Below, one piece after another: positions 1 to 8,893 of a stretch of 64,000 nucleotides of DNA. This DNA is from Patescibacteria group bacterium (lineage in GTDB: Bacteria; Patescibacteriota; Saccharimonadia; CAILAD01; JADZBC01): positions 14,457-78,456 of the forward strand of contig JBPOIL010000010.1 in the NCBI GenBank assembly GCA_052034495.1, given 5' to 3'. Below the pieces are notes generated by a model. It did not search any database and was not told where the DNA came from. It saw only the letters and a program-made list of their open reading frames with translations. Each line of letters begins with the position of its first letter. Position 1 is the stretch's first letter. The position numbers and the translations under genes are program-made.

Positions 1-381
1 CTGAGCCTTGGCTTTTGGGAACTCATCACGGATCTGCTTCGTAATCTTCTTTGCCTTTTCCTGGTCTAAACCCTTGAGCAATGGAACAGTCAGCTTGCTG
101 ACCATACCGCTTTGCACAATCTCCCCCGACTTATCGAGCACCTTTAGACTGATTCCCCGCTTAAGCAGCTTAGATTCGACCACATCAAGAATCGTTTGAA
201 CCTTAAGGTCCGAGTTCGCCTCTAGCTCCAAGGTGCCTGCATCCCGTACAAACTCACACTTTGCCCCTGTGCCTTGAAAGTCATAACGCGTCTGCAGCTC
301 CCGCCCTACTTGATCGATCGCATTTATCATTTCGGACAAATCGTAATCGCTTACAACATCGAATGAAAAATCTTTTGCCAT
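1..381 (-). CDS. yajQ: YajQ-family nucleotide/c-di-GMP-binding protein (3' end runs off window)
   Basis: Manual translation from ATG at 381: MAKDFSFDVVSDYDLSEMINAIDQVGRELQTRYDFQG, the typical YajQ N-terminus (SFDVVS...RYDF.G). Not in the ORF track. Confidence 0.85.
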   Translation of the reverse strand, partial: MAKDFSFDVVSDYDLSEMINAIDQVGRELQTRYDFQGTGAKCEFVRDAGTLELEANSDLKVQTILDVVESKLLKRGISLKVLDKSGEIVQSGMVSKLTVPLLKGLDQEKAKKITKQIRDEFPKAKAQ

Positions 382-426
382 TGGTTGGGCCTCCTTATAT
401 CAGGTTTGATTATACCAGACCAAGAG

Positions 427-1461
427 CTATTCCACCCTCGTGTCCTTATTGAACACAATGTCGCTCTTTGGCTCAGCTGTCGTACCGACCTTGCCTAAGT
501 CTTTTTTGGTAACCACTGTGTTGCTCAATATCAGCTGTGTGGAGCTACCATTGCTCGTTGATACCTTAATTGTTTCGTTTGCCCTAAAGATCTGCTCACT
601 ACCGGCGACCATAGTGGCACTAAATACGTCCTTGCCGTCCGCATTCACGCTAATGTTTGCCGTGTCAGGCCCAATACGCACGACCACCTCCACGCCACCA
701 GCAACGGCCGAAGTGCTGCCGATTACCTTTTCTTCATCCGGCAAGTCAGCGTTAATCGTCCTGACTATAGTCGTACTTTTATTAAGTCTGCTGCGGGCCG
801 TTACCTTCACCTGGTTCGGGCCATCTACTAGCGTTACCCTTTCACGGAACGACCCATCGGCACCAGTAGAGACCTCTGTATCATTTATAAATAGTTCTGC
901 CGTTTGGTCGGTCTTGCCCGTAACGTATACGATGCTCGATTTAACCGTAGAGTTTTCCTGATTGTTCACCGTGAGCACTGGTGGAGCCGAAAGCACACTC
1001 AACTGCCATACAATGTACGTCGTGATGAGCCCGATGAGCACAACGCCCATGAGGGCGAGCAAGCTCTTTGGCGTAACGACAAACTTAGGAGCTCCAAGTG
1101 GCTTAAGCCCTAGTGCGGGAGAATCGGCGTGCTTGCGGTCGGCGCCACGACGTTGAGATGAAGCCTGACGCTCTTTTTTGTACAGGCTCAGCAGTGGAGC
1201 TGTATCAAAGCCCAAGTAGTCTGCATAGTTTTTAACATAGCCACGGGTATAGATATCATCAGGCAACTTATCGTAAGCTCCTGCTTCTATTCGTTCAAGG
1301 TAGCTACTGCGGATTTTAGTCTCCTTCTCTGCCTGCTTAATGGTAATTTCAAGCTCTTCACGACGGCGCTCCAATAACTCACCCAACGAAAAATCAGCGA
1401 CTCGCTTGGGAGTCGGCTGACTCTTTGGTGCTTCTGCAATTGGCTTAGTCTTCGGAGTCAC
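427..1461 (-). CDS. RodZ-like HTH membrane protein
   Basis: N-terminal HTH (LGELL..RRE...YLERIEAG...YTRGYVKNYADYLG), one TM helix, Ig-like C-terminus; downstream of ftsK. Confidence 0.8.
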   Translation of the reverse strand: MTPKTKPIAEAPKSQPTPKRVADFSLGELLERRREELEITIKQAEKETKIRSSYLERIEAGAYDKLPDDIYTRGYVKNYADYLGFDTAPLLSLYKKERQASSQRRGADRKHADSPALGLKPLGAPKFVVTPKSLLALMGVVLIGLITTYIVWQLSVLSAPPVLTVNNQENSTVKSSIVYVTGKTDQTAELFINDTEVSTGADGSFRERVTLVDGPNQVKVTARSRLNKSTTIVRTINADLPDEEKVIGSTSAVAGGVEVVVRIGPDTANISVNADGKDVFSATMVAGSEQIFRANETIKVSTSNGSSTQLILSNTVVTKKDLGKVGTTAEPKSDIVFNKDTRVE

Positions 1462-3562
1462 TCAGGCCTCCCCCGCCGCCGAGTTCGTCAATGCTACTAA
1501 TTAGCACCTCTCGTGGTTTTGCACCATCCGGTGGCCCAACTACGCCCTGTTCCTCGAGCATATCCATGAGTCTCGCCGCGCGAGCGTAGCCGACCTTCAA
1601 ACGTCTCTGAAGGTAAGATGCCGAGGCCTTGCCGCCTTGAATAACGGCTTCTGCTGCGTCGTTAAACAAGTTGTCCTCGCCCGTGTCATAGTCTCCGCCG
1701 CCCACGCCCTTTATGCGCACAGACTGAGCCAATACCTCTTCATTATATTCAGGTTCGCGAGCACTACGTAGATAGTCAGCTACCCCCTTAACCTCTTCTT
1801 CACTCAACCACACACCCTGGACACGTTTTGGCTTAATGAAGCTTGGGCTGGCAAAGAGCATATCACCCTTACCAAGCAACTTCTCCGCACCGGCCATTTC
1901 GATAATAGTCCGTGAGTCCACTTGACTAGCAGTGGTAAGGGCCACGCGAGTCGGCACGTTCGCCTTAATAATACCTGTGATTACGTTCACACTTGGGCGC
2001 TGTGTAGCAAGTACCAAGTGAATACCGACGGCACGAGCCATCTGTGTAAGGCGCTGAATAAGTGCCTCTACATCTTTGCCGGCAACCATCATCAAATCAG
2101 CGAACTCGTCTACAACGATTACAATGTACGGCATGCTATCAACGTCCTTCTGTGCATTGAACTCATCAATGCCGCGTTTGCCATGATCCTGAAGCAACCT
2201 ATAGCGTCGATCCATCTCGGCCACTGCCCACTTGAGGGCCGATATTGCCTGCATAGGCTCGACAATAACCGGGGTAAGTAAGTGTGGAATGTCTTGGTAC
2301 AAGCCAAGCTCAACGCGCTTTGGATCAACCAAGATAAGCTTGAGTTCGGAGGGTGAATTGCGATACAGCAAACTCGTGATGAGGGTATTAATCATAACCG
2401 ACTTACCGGCACCAGTCGCACCAGCAACGAGTAAATGGGGCGCCTTGCCAAGGTCTGCCGTGATAATCTCGCCGCTCACATCCCTACCAAGCACAAAGGT
2501 TAACTTGGTGCCTTTGCCGCTCACCTCTTTTGAAGCAAGAATGTCACCCAGGCGCACGGTAGCTGCCTTTTTATTTGGTACCTGAATACCAACCAAGCTT
2601 TTTCCTGGAATTGGGGCCTCAATACGAATCTGCTCGGCTTCGAGGGCCAGCGCAAGGTTGCGGTCAAGTGCGGTAATCTTGTTTAGGTTCACTCCATTCG
2701 GCGGACGCAAGCTGTACTGGGAAACCGTCGGCCCGACGTCTACACCGTGCATGTCGACTTCGTAGCCGAAGTCGCCGAAGGTACTCTGAATAAGCTTGGC
2801 GGTGGCTTTGGCATCTCCGGGATCAGCTTGAGTGGAGGTTGCTTTGACTAAGTCTAAAGGAGGATAGACCCAGTCCTTGTCCACGCTTGTGAGCATCACA
2901 CTGGCCTTCTTCTTTGGCTCTGGCTCTTCTTCTCCTACCGAACCCTTTATAGGCAACGTGGTGTTAATCTTAAACTCACTTTGCTCCACAACTTCGCCTT
3001 CACTATTACGCTCGCGGTGGAAAAGAGCCAGGAAGCTTTTAAACAAATCCTTAACTCGAGTATTGGCAGCCACAACAAGACTAATCATGAGTAATGCGGT
3101 CAAGATAAAGATAGAAACTGGCTTGTTGAGTATTGGCAGCATAGCTGAGCTCAGGCCGAGCCCAACCATTCCGCCACCGCTGCCGACAGTGGCGAAGTCT
3201 ACGCCTTCTGGAGCAAAGATTAAATGAGCCAGACCCGCCAAGCAGACGAATACAAAGATCGTGCCGAAGAGGTTATTGGGCTTAAACTCGTATTTATCGG
3301 GCTGGAATAGAACCCAAGCAATAAGCAGGAGTGCGAATGGAAGCACAAAAGCCGCCAAGCCAATTACAAAGCTGACGGCCATAAATATCCATCCACCCAA
3401 GCTGCCGGCAAAGCCGATCATAGATAGAATTAAAAACACTGCGATGGTTATAAGCACAATAGCTGCTATCTCGCGCTTTGCTTCGCCCGAGATTTCCATG
3501 CGCGGCTCGCGCGGCAGCTTTGCCTTGTCCTTCTTCTTTACCTTGCGCTGCTTCTTAGCCAT
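1445..3562 (-). CDS. ftsK: DNA translocase FtsK/SpoIIIE
   Basis: N-terminal TM helices, PHLLVAGATGAGKS Walker A, ATQRPS, gamma domain ASYLQRRLKVGYARAARLMD. Confidence 0.97.
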   Translation of the reverse strand: MAKKQRKVKKKDKAKLPREPRMEISGEAKREIAAIVLITIAVFLILSMIGFAGSLGGWIFMAVSFVIGLAAFVLPFALLLIAWVLFQPDKYEFKPNNLFGTIFVFVCLAGLAHLIFAPEGVDFATVGSGGGMVGLGLSSAMLPILNKPVSIFILTALLMISLVVAANTRVKDLFKSFLALFHRERNSEGEVVEQSEFKINTTLPIKGSVGEEEPEPKKKASVMLTSVDKDWVYPPLDLVKATSTQADPGDAKATAKLIQSTFGDFGYEVDMHGVDVGPTVSQYSLRPPNGVNLNKITALDRNLALALEAEQIRIEAPIPGKSLVGIQVPNKKAATVRLGDILASKEVSGKGTKLTFVLGRDVSGEIITADLGKAPHLLVAGATGAGKSVMINTLITSLLYRNSPSELKLILVDPKRVELGLYQDIPHLLTPVIVEPMQAISALKWAVAEMDRRYRLLQDHGKRGIDEFNAQKDVDSMPYIVIVVDEFADLMMVAGKDVEALIQRLTQMARAVGIHLVLATQRPSVNVITGIIKANVPTRVALTTASQVDSRTIIEMAGAEKLLGKGDMLFASPSFIKPKRVQGVWLSEEEVKGVADYLRSAREPEYNEEVLAQSVRIKGVGGGDYDTGEDNLFNDAAEAVIQGGKASASYLQRRLKVGYARAARLMDMLEEQGVVGPPDGAKPREVLISSIDELGGGGGLSDSED

Positions 3563-3703
3563 TAGCTTATTATAGGCTCTCCTGGCGCACTGTGCTAGAT
3601 GATTTATGCATGATTCACCCTCATGTTAGTCTCCATTATAGCACAGCCGTACAATAATTACAAGACTTGTCAAATATAACCATTTTGCCTACCATTAGGT
3701 GGT

Positions 3704-5458
3704 ATGAAGAACTTATTTAAACTCTACAAATATCTCGATAACTATTTTTGGAAACTGCTGGGAGTAATCCTCGTCAGTACTCTTGTTGCCGTCATGCAAT
3801 CAGTTATGCCACTCGTGGTAAAACAAATCATAACTGTTATAGGTAACTCTGCGGGGAGCAAATCTCTTACTCCACAAATTATATTCTGGCTTGCCGTAAT
3901 CCTCGCCGCAGGCCTCATAGGTAATATCGCTATGTTTTTCCAAGATAAATATCAGAATGTCCTTGGCGTAGAAGTAGCACACAAAGTACGTAATAAAGTG
4001 TTCCGAATCACACTTAGCCTCACCCCTTCCCATGTTGAGCATGAGGGGGCTGGAAAGATCATTCAGCGAATTAACGAAGGTGTCAGCCAATTCAGAAACT
4101 GGATAGGTACCGCGAGCTATGTGTTATCTAATGTCATTTTCGTCATTATCGCGTTTATCGTGATTTTCTCAAAGAGTCCCCTTTCTGCATTAATATTCTG
4201 TATAGTTTTTGCACCTATTCAAATCTATGTAATCGCAAAGAAGCTACGCCTAACAAGGCCAATGTACAAAAAATGGCAAGAAGCAGGAAGTCGCTCTATG
4301 GGCCTCTTGTCAGAAACGTTGTCCAATCTTGCCATGGTGCGCTCACTCTCGGCAGAAGATGCACTCCAAAAAAAATATAATAGCTACAATGAAGAAGTAT
4401 TTGGCCTTCAACTAGAAACAAATGTACTAGAGAGACGCTACAATACAGCACGAGACATATTGGGCCAAAGCTATCAGTTTCTGGCGATCGCGATCGCAAC
4501 TATATCCGCAGTTTATGGCAAACTCTCTCCCGCGGATATTTTTGTGTTTGCGTACTTTGCGTCCAATCTAACGAACTCTCTCAATCCAATCGCAAGAATC
4601 GTTCAGACCACAACTGAAGCCGATGTTGCAGCTGGTCGTCTGATTGAATTCTTAGAAACAAAGCCCGCCATCATTGATAAGTCGGATGCGCTCCCCCTTG
4701 TACGGCTAGAAAGCATTGAGTTCAAGAATGTGAGCTTCACATACCCTGATAGTAAAAAGAACAAGGGGGCTATAAAAAACATTGGATTCAAAATCGAAGG
4801 AAATAAAACTTTAGCATTGGTGGGCCCTAGCGGCACAGGTAAATCTACAATCACTAAGCTATTGCTTCGCTTCTTTGAACCTACTGAAGGCCAGATACTG
4901 ATAAACGGTCAGAGCATTAGTACTTTTACACAAGACTCCATTCGACAACATATTGGCATGGTTATGCAAGACGTAGCGCTATTCAACACCACGATTGATG
5001 AGAATCTTGGAATGGCGAATGCTCGTGCCGACAAGGCTGCGATTGTACAAGCCGCTAAACAGGCACATGCCGACGAGTTCATCCAAGATTTGCCAAAGAA
5101 GTACAAAACCCTGGTTGGCGAACGTGGTGTAAAACTCTCTGGTGGCCAAAAGCAGCGTGTAGCGATTGCTCGAGCAATCCTAAAGGACCCACAGCTTATC
5201 ATCCTAGACGAAGCTACGAGCGCGCTAGACAGTGAATCTGAGCGCTTAGTACAAGATGGGCTTAAGAAGCTCATGACTGGCCGAAGCGCGCTCGTTATCG
5301 CCCACCGCTTAAGTACTATTATGCACGCTGATGAGATCCTGGTGCTCAAAAACGGGAAGGTTGCTGAACGAGGCACCCACAGCGAACTGATCAATCAAAC
5401 CGGCCTGTACAAGAAGCTCTTTAACCTCCAGTCCTCAAGCGGTAAAGTTAAGCTTTAA
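3704..5458 (+). CDS. ABC exporter, fused permease/ATPase
   Basis: TM domain plus GPSGTGKS, LSGGQKQR, ILDEATSALD. Confidence 0.95.
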   Translation: MKNLFKLYKYLDNYFWKLLGVILVSTLVAVMQSVMPLVVKQIITVIGNSAGSKSLTPQIIFWLAVILAAGLIGNIAMFFQDKYQNVLGVEVAHKVRNKVFRITLSLTPSHVEHEGAGKIIQRINEGVSQFRNWIGTASYVLSNVIFVIIAFIVIFSKSPLSALIFCIVFAPIQIYVIAKKLRLTRPMYKKWQEAGSRSMGLLSETLSNLAMVRSLSAEDALQKKYNSYNEEVFGLQLETNVLERRYNTARDILGQSYQFLAIAIATISAVYGKLSPADIFVFAYFASNLTNSLNPIARIVQTTTEADVAAGRLIEFLETKPAIIDKSDALPLVRLESIEFKNVSFTYPDSKKNKGAIKNIGFKIEGNKTLALVGPSGTGKSTITKLLLRFFEPTEGQILINGQSISTFTQDSIRQHIGMVMQDVALFNTTIDENLGMANARADKAAIVQAAKQAHADEFIQDLPKKYKTLVGERGVKLSGGQKQRVAIARAILKDPQLIILDEATSALDSESERLVQDGLKKLMTGRSALVIAHRLSTIMHADEILVLKNGKVAERGTHSELINQTGLYKKLFNLQSSSGKVKL

Positions 5459-5618
5459 CCACGGCGGCAGATCCCTCGTCCGCCAGCTGGCGGATCGGAA
5501 AGACGAATCCGCATATACTAAAAGGCAGCCAGGAAATGTGGCAGCCTTTTATATTCCTCCTAAAACCTTGAGGGTGCTCAAGAGCTTGGGAAGAACAAGG
5601 ACATAGGAGTGGGCTGTG

Positions 5619-5640
5619 CGGGGGCCCGAAGGCCCCCGCG
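5619..5640 (-). terminator. GC hairpin with UUCG loop ending the 5643-5924 cassette
   Basis: GCGGGGGCC-TTCG-GGCCCCCGC on the minus strand, 2 nt after the stop codon; no U-tract. Confidence 0.55.
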
Positions 5641-5642
5641 GG

Positions 5643-5924
5643 TCAGCTGTTGACGATCTTCTTGTGCCGGCGTACATGGCCGCGAGGGGTCTTCCCCAAC
5701 TCATCCTCGTAGCGGCTGCCGCCCGCCCCGACGCCCAACAAGATGTAGATGAGCCAATGGCCCCTGTTGCAGAAGCCCTTGGCTTCGTCGTCGTAGGAGA
5801 ACAAGCAGCTCTTGGTGACGCCGCACTGCGCGCACGTCCCCGAGCCTTCCTTCTCACGCAAGACAGTGCCAGCCTTCTTGTCCGACGTAACCTGGACTCG
5901 GACTGGCTGATCCACTTTCGCCAC
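5643..5924 (-). CDS. GC-rich orphan Cys-containing small protein (93 aa)
   Basis: SD CAGGAGG then GTG at 5924; CAQC...C...C motif; own promoter and terminal hairpin. Confidence 0.6.
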   Translation of the reverse strand: MAKVDQPVRVQVTSDKKAGTVLREKEGSGTCAQCGVTKSCLFSYDDEAKGFCNRGHWLIYILLGVGAGGSRYEDELGKTPRGHVRRHKKIVNS

Positions 5925-6079
5925 AATGACCTCCTGGGTCGTATAGATGAATGGGGGCGACACTGATCCTTAGTCGAAACAAGGTCCAGTAGAGTGCGCT
6001 CTCGTGAGAAGAACGCACATTACCGGACCCTGCTTTCCTATATCCTTGTAATGTACCTTAGCTAGGCTAAAGTTTTACT

Positions 6080-6108
6080 ATTCTATAGTATTTTTACCTT
6101 TTTGTCAA
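6080..6108 (-). promoter_or_regulatory. sigma70 promoter for the orphan cassette
   Basis: TTGACA-17 bp-TAGAAT. Confidence 0.7.
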
Positions 6109-6110
6109 TA

Positions 6111-8186
6111 CTAGACTTCGATCACAACGGGCACAACGATTGGGTTTCGTTTGGTCACCTTGTATAAGTGATTTGAAAGCTCATCGCGCATGCGAGTTTT
6201 GATAACCAGCGAGTTGGCTGGCGTAGCTCGATCTCGATGATCGAAAATGTTTTTAACAATCTGGCGTGACTTGTTAATCAGCTCTTCGTTGTCCTTCATA
6301 TACACGAAGCCTCGGGAGATGATATCCGGGCTGGTGGTTAGTCGGCCAGTCTTGCGATCCACCGTAGCGATAGCAGTAAAGATACCATCTGAGCCCATCG
6401 CCTTACGATCGTTAAGCACCACTGCCTGGACGTCGCCGATACCATTACCATCAATCAGTACGATACCGTTCTGAACGATTGGTCCCTTCTTGATCCCCTC
6501 CTTGTCAGCAACAAGCGTCTGACCGTTCTCGATAACGAACACGTGGTCATCATCGAAGCCCTTGCGCTTACCTATTGCCGCATTGTGCACGAGGTGATGA
6601 AGCTCACCGTGGATTGGTAGGTAATACTTAGGTCGTACGAGATCCAGCATTTCTTCTATCTCTTCGGTCCATGCGTGACCAGTGGTGTGCATAATGCCGA
6701 GTCCGTCAAAGTCACGAGTACTCGACTGGTATACATATGCGCCCCAGCGGAATAGGTTGTCTACCATGCCCCAAACAGATTCTTCGTTGCCTGGGATGAT
6801 CGAGGAGCTAAGGATTACAACGTCGTTTTCTTTGAGTTTCACGTCGCGGTGTTCGCCACGGCCCATGCGCTGCAAGGCTGAGAACTCTTCACCCTGTGAA
6901 CCGGTGGTTAGAATCGCGATTTCACCGTCCTGATACTTGTTCATCTCCTGGCCCTTAATGAGCGTTCCTGCCGGAACCTTAATGTATCCAAGCTTCATAG
7001 CAAGCTCTAAGTTGTTTACCATGCTACGACCAAGCACGACGAGCTTGCGCTTTGCCTTCACCGTAGCGTCCACTACGATCTGCATACGAGTCACCTGCGA
7101 TCCAAACGATGCGATGATCGCCCGCTTGTTGTAGTTACGGATCATGATCTCGTCGAGGGTTTCTACAATCCCCTGCTCGGTTGGTGACTTACCAACAACT
7201 TCACAGTTCGTACTGTCACTCATGAGCATCAATACGCCTTCATCACCCAACTCCTTGAGGCGCTCTTTGTTCGAAGGCTTGCCGTCGATTGGGTTCTCTT
7301 CGAATCTCCAGTCGCCCGTGTCGATGATTGTGCCAAGTGGTGTACGAATAGCAAGCGCACAAGCGTCAGGAATTGAGTGGGTTATGCGGATAAACTCTAC
7401 TGAAAACACACCGGCCTGTATGCGCTCACCAGCATCCTGATCTACGATTCGCAGGTCTGGCTTGAATGGAAGCTTGTATTCTTCGAGCTTGCGTTCAATG
7501 AATTTAATGCTGAATTTAGCACCATAAATCGGAGCCGGCATCTTTGGCAGCAAGAATGGTACGCCTCCTACGTGGTCTTCGTGTGCGTGGGTAATAAAGT
7601 GCCCACGGATTTTATGCTTGCGCTCTTCTAGGTAGGTTACGTCTGGCACGATAAGGTCGATGCCTGGCTGGTCATCGCCTGGGAAGGCAAAGCCAAGGTC
7701 CAGTACGATGATATCGTCCTCGTACTCGAGGGCCATGACGTTCTTACCAATCTCACCTAATCCACCGAGGGGGATGATTTTGAGCTTGCCAGCATCAGCC
7801 TTGCTCGTTTGAGCACGTACAACCTTTGAGCCATTGCCGTTTTGGTTAAATGACCCAACTACAAAGTTGGCCTTGCTGTCGCGTCCACGTCGTGGACCGC
7901 CGGGACGACCTCCGCCACCGCCACGGTTGCCCCCAGATCGACCTCCTTGGCCGCCTTGTCCGCCCTGGCCACCTTGACCATTAGGTCGGCCGCCGCGGTT
8001 GCCGCCCGGGCGGTTGTTACTATTACCCTGTCGATTGCCGGTACCTTGTGACTGTGCGGACTTTTGTTCGCCAGTTGGTTGCACTAATGTATCACGCGCA
8101 GGCGTAGCGGACTGGGCGGCTGGCTTGCTGGTCGGCATACCCAAATCGGCTGCGCTTAATGGTCGTGATGATAATTCGTTACTCAT
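6111..8186 (-). CDS. rnj: Ribonuclease J
   Basis: PLGGLGEIGKN, THAHEDH metallo-beta-lactamase motif, beta-CASP region; long Gly-rich N-terminal extension. Confidence 0.96.
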   Translation of the reverse strand: MSNELSSRPLSAADLGMPTSKPAAQSATPARDTLVQPTGEQKSAQSQGTGNRQGNSNNRPGGNRGGRPNGQGGQGGQGGQGGRSGGNRGGGGGRPGGPRRGRDSKANFVVGSFNQNGNGSKVVRAQTSKADAGKLKIIPLGGLGEIGKNVMALEYEDDIIVLDLGFAFPGDDQPGIDLIVPDVTYLEERKHKIRGHFITHAHEDHVGGVPFLLPKMPAPIYGAKFSIKFIERKLEEYKLPFKPDLRIVDQDAGERIQAGVFSVEFIRITHSIPDACALAIRTPLGTIIDTGDWRFEENPIDGKPSNKERLKELGDEGVLMLMSDSTNCEVVGKSPTEQGIVETLDEIMIRNYNKRAIIASFGSQVTRMQIVVDATVKAKRKLVVLGRSMVNNLELAMKLGYIKVPAGTLIKGQEMNKYQDGEIAILTTGSQGEEFSALQRMGRGEHRDVKLKENDVVILSSSIIPGNEESVWGMVDNLFRWGAYVYQSSTRDFDGLGIMHTTGHAWTEEIEEMLDLVRPKYYLPIHGELHHLVHNAAIGKRKGFDDDHVFVIENGQTLVADKEGIKKGPIVQNGIVLIDGNGIGDVQAVVLNDRKAMGSDGIFTAIATVDRKTGRLTTSPDIISRGFVYMKDNEELINKSRQIVKNIFDHRDRATPANSLVIKTRMRDELSNHLYKVTKRNPIVVPVVIEV

Positions 8187-8286
8187 GTATTAGAATTTCC
8201 TTTCGTTTCGTTATGAGTTCATTCTGAATGTGGTTCAGAATCCCTGATCTCTAATTCCGCTAGGAGCGAGAGACCCTGAAGTCTAT

Positions 8287-8883
8287 TCACAATGAGGTTT
8301 GTTTAATAATCTCCGGGATGCGAGCAAAGTCTTCGAGGAGTGTTGCCCGCATACTGCCGTTATACAAGGCTGCGGCCGGGTGATACAGCGGCAAGAACCT
8401 CTGGTCTTTGAGTTCTAAGTCTCCAGCCTGCACTGTGTCTTTAATCGCTACACCATGCGCCTCACTAATCTTTAGTTTCGGGAAGAATACATTCATGGAA
8501 TGTCTACCCAGAAACACGACTAGGCGCGGACGAATAACGTGTATCTGCTCTATAAGGTACGGTAAGCAAGCCTTAATCTCTTGTTTACTCGGGTCACGGT
8601 TATCAGGCGGGCGAAACTTCACGATATTGGTTATAAATACTTTCTCGCGGCTCAGGCCAATGCTACCAAGCATCTCGCCCAAAAACTTACCGCTTGCACC
8701 AATAAAGGGTCGTCCTTGCCTATCCTCCTGTGCCCCGGGGGCTTCACCCACAAACATAATGTCTGCTTCTGGGGAACCCTCGCCGGGCACAGGGTTGAGA
8801 CACGTTCTAGCAATTTCTAGATCTAGCTCGCGGCTGCGAATGCGCTTGGCAATCGCCTCTAGCTGATCTGGCTTGCTTACCAT
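8287..8883 (-). CDS. Uracil-DNA glycosylase, family 4
   Basis: GEAPG, GRPFIG, RPPDNR, YHPAAALY motifs. Confidence 0.93.
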   Translation of the reverse strand: MVSKPDQLEAIAKRIRSRELDLEIARTCLNPVPGEGSPEADIMFVGEAPGAQEDRQGRPFIGASGKFLGEMLGSIGLSREKVFITNIVKFRPPDNRDPSKQEIKACLPYLIEQIHVIRPRLVVFLGRHSMNVFFPKLKISEAHGVAIKDTVQAGDLELKDQRFLPLYHPAAALYNGSMRATLLEDFARIPEIIKQTSL

Positions 8884-8893
8884 GCCCCTCGGA

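Noticed and set aside
5480-5493. Palindrome CCGCCAGCTGGCGG as a repeat element
   Set aside because: Only one copy seen in this window; may be part of a terminator region.
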